DNA of 64,000 bases, taken from a virus. Its lineage: Duplodnaviria > Caudoviricetes. The first letter of the stretch is position 1. Every line of letters begins with the position of its first letter. Positions 27,847 to 33,876 of the stretch are shown one piece after another. The stretch spans positions 238,582 through 302,581 of IMG/VR virus record IMGVR_UViG_3300028591_000072. One strand, 5' to 3'. The position numbers and the translations under genes were made by a program. Under the pieces are notes generated by a model. It had not been told where the DNA came from. It saw only the letters and a program-made list of their open reading frames with translations, and did no database searches.

Positions 27847-27999
27847 GCCTCTTTAGTATAAAGGTTATTACACTTGACTTGTACATCAGAAGGAACTGAT
27901 TAAAACCAAGCTATATTTGAAAGACAAAGCATATGCTGAAACAGCGATAGTTTCATATAGCTCAATCATGAGATGGCAGTTCGATTCTGCCAAGAGGCT
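27847..27999 (+). tRNA. tRNA-Thr(TGT) interrupted by an 81-nt insert (27884-27964) with tRNA-like geometry
   Basis: Removing the insert restores cttga-cttgtaa-tcatg; acceptor gcctctt/aagaggc. Confidence 0.8.
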
Positions 28000-28001
28000 C
28001 T

Positions 28002-28118
28002 AAAATCTTCGAGGGATTGATGCTTGGTTTAGTGTTTTGGTTACCTGACGAGGTAAACTGAGACAATAATAAGGAGTAAGAAGGAAGCATGCACTTGGCT
28101 TACTGTGTAGAAGATTTT
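28002..28118 (+). ncRNA. Unknown end-paired structured RNA
   Basis: aaaatcttc/gaagatttt; internal ttacct-gacg-aggtaa. Confidence 0.55.
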
Positions 28119-28123
28119 TTAAT

Positions 28124-28195
28124 GCGTTGTTAGTACAACGGTCAGTATATGGGCTTCCCAAGCCTAAGATGTCAGTTCGATTCTGATACAGCGCT
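28124..28195 (+). tRNA. tRNA-Gly(CCC)
   Basis: tgggc-ttcccaa-gccta. Confidence 0.92.
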
Positions 28196-28200
28196 CAAAT

Positions 28201-28344
28201 ACGGTGCGTAGTTTACGATATGGGTTTGACACGAACTGGAAGCATGGGCATCAGAGCCGTGCACGAAAGAGAATCAGGAGTGAAGCCTGACTAAACAACT
28301 ATATCAAAGAATGGTACGAAGACCTGGTGACAAGAACTCACCGT
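28201..28344 (+). ncRNA. Unknown end-paired structured RNA
   Basis: acggtg/caccgt; internal gcatgg/ccgtgc and tcagg/cctga. Confidence 0.55.
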
Positions 28345-28387
28345 TACTTGTTAAAAAAGGACCTCATCAGTAGTATCATTTAGATTT

Positions 28388-28469
28388 ACCTCAGTACCCG
28401 AACTGGTATAGGGACTACACTTAGGATGTAGCGGCTGAGCCACTGTGGGTTCGACTCCCACCTGGGGTA
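28388..28469 (+). tRNA. tRNA-Leu(TAG)
   Basis: ctaca-cttagga-tgtag. Confidence 0.92.
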
Positions 28470-28624
28470 CAAAAATAAATGGGTGAAGCTTTGTTATTGA
28501 AGCCATGGATTTTACCGTGAGAAGACGAATGTCCGCCCAAAAACACAGAGGAACTTGCCAAATTGATACTGTACAGCTTTTGGTAATAAGGATAAGTAGA
28601 CTCAGAAGGTTATATTCCTTATAT

Positions 28625-28696
28625 GCGGTGTTAGTACAACGGTTAGTATATCAGCTTGCCATGCTGAAGATGTCAGTTCGATTCTGATACACCGCT
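28625..28696 (+). tRNA. tRNA-Gly(GCC)
   Basis: tcagc-ttgccat-gctga. Confidence 0.93.
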
Positions 28697-28698
28697 CA

Positions 28699-28786
28699 AG
28701 GAAACATGCAGCAATCTTTCTCAGGTTGAAAATTTTGACTGTAAATCAAATAAGGTGGTTCGAGTCCACAAAAATATTGTTTCCTG
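28699..28786 (+). ncRNA. CAGCAA-handle RNA carrying a Tyr(GTA) anticodon stem-loop and a T arm
   Basis: aggaaac-atgcagcaa ... tttga-ctgtaaa-tcaaa, gtgg-ttcgagt-ccac ... gtttcct-g. Confidence 0.78.
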
Positions 28787-28793
28787 TTTTTAT

Positions 28794-28867
28794 GGGAGAG
28801 TAGCGTAGCTGGTTAGCGCAACGGACTGTTAATCCGTGGGTCGTGGGTTCGATTCCCACCTCTCCCG
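28794..28867 (+). tRNA. tRNA-Asn(GTT)
   Basis: acgga-ctgttaa-tccgt. Confidence 0.92.
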
Positions 28868-28872
28868 CTTGA

Positions 28873-29005
28873 AGAAATCTAACAGCAATTAATAAATTCG
28901 TTTGACTGTAAATCAAAAGGTTGTGGGTTCGAGTCCCGCTGTCGCCAAAGATTATATTAGTTGAAGGCGACATAGCTCAATGGTAGAGAAAGAAAATGAT
29001 TTCTG
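28873..29005 (+). ncRNA. CAGCAA-handle RNA enclosing a circularly permuted tRNA-Tyr(GTA)
   Basis: 3' part (28899-28947) precedes 5' part (28966-28988); acceptor ggcgaca/tgtcgcc; handle agaaatc-taacagcaa ... gatttct-g. Confidence 0.85.
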
Positions 29006-29035
29006 AGAAAAACAATGACGCTTAACCGTCAGAAC

Positions 29036-29188
29036 ATGTTTCTAAATTCATTAAAGATTTAGCGCACTTGTAGAGCGATAGGACTACACCTAAACCGAGG
29101 TGAGTGGTGAAGTACCGAGGAAGCTTTATTTGAAAGGTTACGAGCTCTTAAACAGATGATGGCATAGTTAAGAAGGTGCCATAAACAT
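29036..29188 (+). ncRNA. Unknown multi-hairpin RNA
   Basis: atgttt/aaacat closing stem; cacct/aggtg, atggcat/gtgccat, ctaaatt/gatttag. Confidence 0.5.
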
Positions 29189-29201
29189 TTCTTTTTAATA
29201 T

Positions 29202-29274
29202 GGGGGTATGGTTGAATGGCTACAATGCGGGCTTGTCACGCCCTGTGGTGCGGGTTCGAATCCCGTTATCCCCG
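29202..29274 (+). tRNA. tRNA-Asp(GTC)
   Basis: gggc-ttgtcac-gccc; G73. Confidence 0.9.
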
Positions 29275-29353
29275 CAATATTGGGGTTTCGAAAAAAAACG
29301 ATAAAATTGCGTATAATTTGGCTTTCGAAACTATTTATAATAAAACAAAGTTT

Positions 29354-30073
29354 ATGTGTGATGGTTTAAATTTTAAATGTAAACAGTGTGGCGTAACATT
29401 TGAAAAAACAAAGTCTGAGTTATCAAAAAACCATAATGTTGTTCCTGTCTTTTGTTCTAAAGACTGTCAACAAAAATGGTATAAAGAAAATTCGTATATA
29501 ACTGTAGAATGCAAATGTTGTGGAAAAGAATTTACAATAAAAAAAGGTGAATACAATAAAAATAAAAACAAAAACTTTTTTTGTTCACATTCTTGTGCTG
29601 CTAAATTTAATAATAAAACTAGAACAATAAAAAAAACTGTTTTTGAAAAAGATAACAAAATTAAAATATCTAAAAAGAAAGAAGATATATATGGTGTATG
29701 TCCAATTTGCGGAAATAAAAAATTTAAGAAATCAATATTGTGCAAAAAATGTAGAAACGAGCAAAAAAGAAATAACATAAAAAAGAGAACACTTGGATAT
29801 TTTATTGAAGGAAAAAAATATTTGGGTTCAAAATGTAATGAAATAAGAAAAGACGCAAAGAGAACAATTGAAGAAAGCTGTGTCGAAAAAACTTGTGCAT
29901 ATTGTCATAACCACGAGTTTGATGGCATATTAGAAGTACATCATATAAAAGGAATTTTGGAGTTTGATAAAAGCACGACAATAGAAGAAATAAATGATAT
30001 TAATAACCTTGTTTGGTTATGTCCAAATCATCACAGGATGCTTGAACTTGGATTAATTAAACTTGAAAAATAG
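29354..30073 (+). CDS. HNH homing endonuclease with zinc-finger repeats
   Basis: CxxC...FCS..C repeats; LEVHHI...NLVWLCPNHH; start moved to 29354 because the longer frame overlaps tRNA-Asp and ACTATTTAT lies at 29330. Confidence 0.85.
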   Translation: MCDGLNFKCKQCGVTFEKTKSELSKNHNVVPVFCSKDCQQKWYKENSYITVECKCCGKEFTIKKGEYNKNKNKNFFCSHSCAAKFNNKTRTIKKTVFEKDNKIKISKKKEDIYGVCPICGNKKFKKSILCKKCRNEQKRNNIKKRTLGYFIEGKKYLGSKCNEIRKDAKRTIEESCVEKTCAYCHNHEFDGILEVHHIKGILEFDKSTTIEEINDINNLVWLCPNHHRMLELGLIKLEK

Positions 30074-30079
30074 ATTAAA

Positions 30080-30209
30080 AGGAATTTAACAGCAAGTTAC
30101 AATAGGTAAACACATTTGTAAACAAAACAAAGATTGTTGGTTCGAGTCCAACTGCGGCTTTAGGGGAACCGATGGCTGCATAGTGAAATGGAAGATAAAT
30201 AGATTCCTG
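30080..30209 (+). ncRNA. CAGCAA-handle RNA with permuted T arm / closed acceptor stem / degenerate D arm (YrlA-like order)
   Basis: aggaatt-taacagcaa ... gttgg-ttcgagt-ccaac, tgcggct...ggctgca, tagtgaaatgg ... gattcct-g. Confidence 0.75.
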
Positions 30210-30338
30210 TAATCTAAAAAATATAAGGAAAGAAGGACACACGTACCTTAAACAAGTACGAAAAGTTAGTGCTGGCCACATAAAGTCGCCAAGCGTCTCA
30301 GGGTGGATGCACGATAGTGAAATGTAAATTTCTTAGAT

Positions 30339-30411
30339 GGGGAGTTCATTTAGCGGTTTAGGATGCAGGTTCGACAGACCTGTCACTATGGTTCGATTCC
30401 ATAACACCCCA
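30339..30411 (+). tRNA. Atypical tRNA, nominal Val(GAC), with C33 and G38
   Basis: caggt-tcgacag-acctg; one acceptor mismatch; body resembles Glu/Gln/Asp-type tRNAs. Confidence 0.6.
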
Positions 30412-30415
30412 CAAT

Positions 30416-30650
30416 CGGTTTGTTGTTGATAATCAAAGGAAAGTTGAGTTGGACATGGGTTCGAGTCCCATATGGTCCACTAAGTAATTGATTTTCAAGT
30501 AAATACGGGCCATCTTGGTTTTGACAGCTAATGAGTACAATGGAAGTAGACATCCGAGATGCCATAAAATAACTGGCAACGAAAATTATGCTTATGCTTA
30601 TGCAGCAGCCTAAGGCAGTGCATTGAGCAGGTTGGCAGCGAACCAAATCG
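30416..30650 (+). ncRNA. ssrA: Circularly permuted (two-piece) tmRNA
   Basis: Acceptor piece gac-atggg-ttcgagt-cccat-atggtcc-a ends at 30479, before the coding piece gggccat-cttggttttgacag at 30507; G3:U70; tag ataact-GNENYAYAYAAA* (30575-30613). Confidence 0.9.
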
Positions 30651-30658
30651 CTGCACAT

Positions 30659-30734
30659 GGTCGGTTCGTCTAGTCTGGCCTAGGACATCAGGTTTTCATC
30701 CTGGGAATCATGGGTTCAAATCCCATACCGACTA
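30659..30734 (+). tRNA. tRNA-Glu(TTC)
   Basis: tcagg-ttttcat-cctgg. Confidence 0.92.
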
Positions 30735-30740
30735 CATCCA

Positions 30741-30945
30741 GATAACTACAAATCTGCATTGGCAAAGTTGCTTTCCATAACAATGTGCAACCAGTTTCAG
30801 CGTTTCAACTGTAAAAATGCGAGATTTTTATTTGTTTGGCTAAACGAAAACAAATCCTTATAGTTGGTATATTGGTAAAAAAGGCGGAATGGTAGATAAC
30901 CGTTTTTATCCAACATTTATGGCGATTCATGATGTAGCCATAAAA
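30741..30945 (+). ncRNA. Unknown multi-hairpin RNA(s)
   Basis: gttgc/gcaac, cagtt/aactg, atttgtt/aacaaat, aaaggcgg/ccgttttt, tttatggc/gccataaa. Confidence 0.5.
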
Positions 30946-30946
30946 T

Positions 30947-31020
30947 CGGCCTGTAGCTCAGTTGGTTAGAGCATCACACTGATAATGTGGGGGTCGGTGG
31001 TTCGAGTCCACCCTGGCCGA
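30947..31020 (+). tRNA. tRNA-Ile(GAT)
   Basis: tcaca-ctgataa-tgtgg. Confidence 0.93.
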
Positions 31021-31077
31021 CAAAATTTACAAATTTATTTGTTCTTTTAAAAAATAGTTTGTATATTTAAAATAAAG

Positions 31078-31210
31078 AAAGTAAAAATCCCACCAAGGGC
31101 GAAACAATTGGTGGTTAGTTCTATCCCGTTAGTAATCACGGTCACAAGGTAGGAGATAAAGAACTGTAAGAGGCTCAGAAGTCGGATGACAAGAAACGAT
31201 AGTTCACTTT
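31078..31210 (+). ncRNA. Unknown structured RNA
   Basis: aaagt/acttt ends; ccaccaa/ttggtgg, agttct/agaact; follows a tttgtatattt promoter-like motif. Confidence 0.5.
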
Positions 31211-31216
31211 CTAAAT

Positions 31217-31290
31217 GGGCCCATGCCTTCAATTGGTACAGGACCGCCTTTGCACGGCGACATTTATCGGTTCGAATCCGATTGGGTCCA
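31217..31290 (+). tRNA. tRNA-Ala(TGC)
   Basis: cgcc-tttgcac-ggcg; G3:U70. Confidence 0.9.
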
Positions 31291-31309
31291 CATCTTTATT
31301 ATTATTATA

Positions 31310-31455
31310 ATATGAAGATGGTAGCGCCACAACGTAACGTAATTGGTCCCTGATGTTCTTCAAACCAATTCCCTATCGTAGTTAGGGTAAAGTCTTTACA
31401 CGAGTTTCTATAATACGAAAGCCAAAATGTACAGTTTATGTCGGAAGAAACTCTT
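31310..31455 (+). ncRNA. Unknown multi-hairpin RNA
   Basis: aattggt/accaatt, cccta/taggg, gagtttct/agaaactc. Confidence 0.45.
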
Positions 31456-31461
31456 TATAAT

Positions 31462-31586
31462 GCCAAGGTAGCTCAGTGGTTTAGAGCAATGGGAGTGTAT
31501 AAATGATTTTTGATTAAAAATCTAACAGCAACTTCCAAATACCTATGTAAACCCATTGGTCGGAGGTTCGAATCCTTCTCTTGGCT
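31462..31586 (+). ncRNA. tRNA body (Thr-like acceptor, loop remnant tgtaaa) with the CAGCAA handle inserted in the anticodon loop
   Basis: Intact acceptor, D and T arms; atggg/cccat stem encloses gattttt-gatt-aaaaatc-taacagcaa. Confidence 0.78.
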
Positions 31587-31594
31587 CAAAAAAT

Positions 31595-31671
31595 GCATGT
31601 ATGAAAGCAGACGGGATGTGCTTCTGTCGTAATTCGGACAGGATATGTTGGTTCGAATCCAACTGCATGCG
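31595..31671 (+). ncRNA. tRNA-like RNA with 8-nt non-canonical anticodon loop
   Basis: gcatgta/tgcatgc, 5-bp D stem aagca/tgctt, ctgtc-gtaattcg-gacag, canonical T arm. Confidence 0.7.
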
Positions 31672-31676
31672 CAATA

Positions 31677-31751
31677 GGAAAACATACAGCAAGTTTTATC
31701 AAATTCAAGTTACAATCTTTTAAATTGTGGGACTAAATTTTTTGTTTTCCG
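31677..31751 (+). ncRNA. CAGCAA-handle RNA carrying a tRNA-Lys(TTT) anticodon stem-loop
   Basis: ggaaaac-atacagcaa ... acaat-cttttaa-attgt ... gttttcc-g. Confidence 0.8.
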
Positions 31752-31756
31752 TTTAT

Positions 31757-31838
31757 GGGGAAGTGGTGGAACTGGTAGACACGTATGCCCAAGGAGCATA
31801 TGCCGAAAGGCGTGTGGGTTCAACTCCCACCTTCCCTA
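31757..31838 (+). tRNA. tRNA-Leu(AAG) with C33
   Basis: tatgc-ccaagga-gcata; Leu-type D loop and variable arm. Confidence 0.82.
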
Positions 31839-31846
31839 CTTAAAAT

Positions 31847-31917
31847 GCCTTGTTAGTTTAGTGGTAGAATGATACCCTCGTAAAGTATAGACGATGGTTC
31901 GATTCCATCACTTGGCT
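31847..31917 (+). tRNA. tRNA-Thr(CGT)
   Basis: atacc-ctcgtaa-agtat; two U:U mismatches in acceptor stem. Confidence 0.75.
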
Positions 31918-31949
31918 CAATATTTTTAAAAGAAAAAATTATATTAATT

Positions 31950-32189
31950 ATGAAGAAATTATTTTTAACAATTGCTTTTGTTTTTGCATTGCTTACGGGC
32001 TGTTTTGCACAAAGTGGTGATGTATTATTCCAAAAAGAAACGGTTATTTATGAAAGTAATGAAAAGTTTGGTCCTGGACTTCCAGGACATGGACAAAGTG
32101 GTAATCAGTCAGCACCTATTGGTGCCGGAACTGTCTTGCTGATTGGCTTTGGTGCTGCTTATGCAATGTACAAGAAAAACAAAAAGTAA
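31950..32189 (+). CDS. Small exported protein with C-terminal sorting-signal-like anchor
   Basis: Signal peptide, Gly/Pro linker, APIGAG + TM + KKNKK, resembling Bacteroidetes PID-CTERM/PEP-CTERM-type tails. Confidence 0.7.
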   Translation: MKKLFLTIAFVFALLTGCFAQSGDVLFQKETVIYESNEKFGPGLPGHGQSGNQSAPIGAGTVLLIGFGAAYAMYKKNKK

Positions 32190-32215
32190 AAAAACTCAAT
32201 ACTAACGAGTATAAA

Positions 32216-32461
32216 GACAGGCGTACAGCCAGAGGCGTAAACGGTAGCAGTAAGTGCTAAACTGTTAAAATAAAGGCAATAAGGGAGAGGTAACGTTACT
32301 CCTTAAAACTAGCGAATTTCAAGTAGATTCATGGATTATCGAAAGGCTTTAGAAATGTTAAGGAAAAAGACCTTATGCCAGCGAATGAGAACCACATCGG
32401 TTATGTGGCGCACGATGAAACGTGTGGGCTGAAAAAGTGCCAGGGTTCAACTCCACTTGTC
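32216..32461 (+). ncRNA. Unknown ~245-nt structured RNA
   Basis: gacagg/cttgtc ends; T-loop-like ggttcaactcc near the 3' end; ccacat/atgtgg, taagg/cctta, cacg/cgtg. Confidence 0.55.
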
Positions 32462-32482
32462 ATTTTAGGAAATCCATTTTAC

Positions 32483-32557
32483 GGTGTATATAGTGTCAGT
32501 GGTCTAGCACGGTAGATTGTGATTCTACAAGCCTCAGTTCGAACCTGAGTATACACC
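32483..32557 (+). tRNA. tRNA-His(GTG)
   Basis: G-1:C73; gtaga-ttgtgat-tctac. Confidence 0.93.
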
Positions 32558-32615
32558 CGCTAATTTCGACTTTACTTTTTCACCCTTTTTACTATTTATG
32601 TATAAAAGTGGTTTT

Positions 32616-33290
32616 ATGAAAGAAAAAGAAATAGATAAAATAAGCGTGGAACAAATAAACGAAGCTTTTGAAAAGTGTGGTAATCTTAAAGAAGTTGTTT
32701 TTTATTTTGGAAAAAAATACAATGGCGGAAGTCAACGATTTGTATATGCTTTAATGGAAAAAGCCGGAATAAAGTATTCTGATTTTTTCAAAAAAGGGAA
32801 AGAGTATTATAAAAAAAATGTAAAGTATTGTGAAAATTGTGGAAAAGAATTGCCATATGAAAAAAGGAATAATAAATTTTGTTCTTCTTCTTGTGCAGCA
32901 TCTAAAAACAATCTTGGGGTAAGAAGAAACTTTAATCCAAATAAACCAATAATACAAACAAAAGAAGAAAAAGAAAGACTGAAGTTGGAAAGATGGAAGA
33001 ATGGAGAAAATTTTTTAGTTGGCTCTTGTGAAATACCAGTTTTTATAAGAAGATATTTGTTCAGTAAAAACGAATGTAAATGTGAGCGATGTGGGTGGGG
33101 TGAAATAAATGAGGACACAGGAAAAATTCCGTTGCAAATACATCACATAGATGGTGATTGCACAAACAACAAAGAAGAAAATTTACAACTACTTTGTCCA
33201 AATTGTCATAGTTTGACTAACACATTTGGTTCGTTGAACAAAAAGTCAAAAAGATTCCATAGAAAAAAGAAAACTTTAAAAGATATATAG
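32616..33290 (+). CDS. HNH homing endonuclease
   Basis: CENCG...FCSSSC; CERCG...LQIHHIDGD..NN..ENLQLLCPNCHS; start 32616 preferred because the 32598 ATG overlaps the promoter motif. Confidence 0.88.
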   Translation: MKEKEIDKISVEQINEAFEKCGNLKEVVFYFGKKYNGGSQRFVYALMEKAGIKYSDFFKKGKEYYKKNVKYCENCGKELPYEKRNNKFCSSSCAASKNNLGVRRNFNPNKPIIQTKEEKERLKLERWKNGENFLVGSCEIPVFIRRYLFSKNECKCERCGWGEINEDTGKIPLQIHHIDGDCTNNKEENLQLLCPNCHSLTNTFGSLNKKSKRFHRKKKTLKDI

Positions 33291-33516
33291 CAAGTACAGA
33301 CCACTTAGTAGCGTCCAGGGTAAGTCATAGAAGTATCAGCTGTATGTCTATGGCGTAGTCACGGGATTCAAAGCAATCTCACAGCCTGGTGAACGGTGTC
33401 AGTTACCGTGAGGTGCTGTAAGGTGCAACGCAACAGAAGAATAAAATCTAAAATAGATAATGCAATCCTCGTTTAGCCGAGGTTTCTTTAGTCCGTAGCT
33501 CGTAAATTTACTTGCT
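33289..33516 (+). ncRNA. Unknown ~228-nt structured RNA
   Basis: agcaagta/tacttgct ends; gtcataga/tctatggc, acagc/gctgt enclosing acggt/accgt, cctcg/cgagg. Confidence 0.6.
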
Positions 33517-33522
33517 TTTTAT

Positions 33523-33608
33523 GGAGGGATACCCAAGTTGGTGAAGGGGACAGATTGCTAATCTGTTAGGCCTTTATAGGCGCATGGGTTCGAGTCCCAT
33601 TCCCTCCG
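33523..33608 (+). tRNA. tRNA-Ser(GCT)
   Basis: acaga-ttgctaa-tctgt; long variable arm. Confidence 0.93.
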
Positions 33609-33612
33609 CAAT

Positions 33613-33750
33613 AATAAATGAGAGGTGATTTACGGATTGTACAACCGTAATGATGGCCAGTGGGAAAACGGTTACTGCAAATACTAACAATTGCGGGAGT
33701 GTAGCAAAGGAATATGGGTGTTAGTGAAACCCATATGTGTATCATTTATT
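33613..33750 (+). ncRNA. Unknown end-paired structured RNA
   Basis: aataaatga/tcatttatt; ttacgg/ccgtaa, atatgggt/acccatat. Confidence 0.55.
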
Positions 33751-33781
33751 TATTTTTCAGATTTTGCAATGTGTTGTTAAT

Positions 33782-33812
33782 AAAAAAAGCCCCTAATAAT
33801 CGGGGCTTTTTT
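33782..33812 (+). terminator. Intrinsic terminator closing the RNA island
   Basis: aaaaaaagcccc-taataatc-ggggctttttt. Confidence 0.85.
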
Positions 33813-33876
33813 ATAATAAATAGTTGTTTGTTTGGTATATTTTTTGTATAGTAATAATACTAATTTCCAAAAATAA

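Noticed and set aside
23461-31685. Short ORFs overlapping tRNA and tmRNA genes, including the 29216 start of the HNH gene
   Set aside because: They read through or antisense to RNA genes; the HNH start was reassigned to 29354
26820-31751. CAGCAA elements as a CRISPR array
   Set aside because: Irregular spacing, only a short conserved core, paired ends and tRNA-derived interiors; no cas genes
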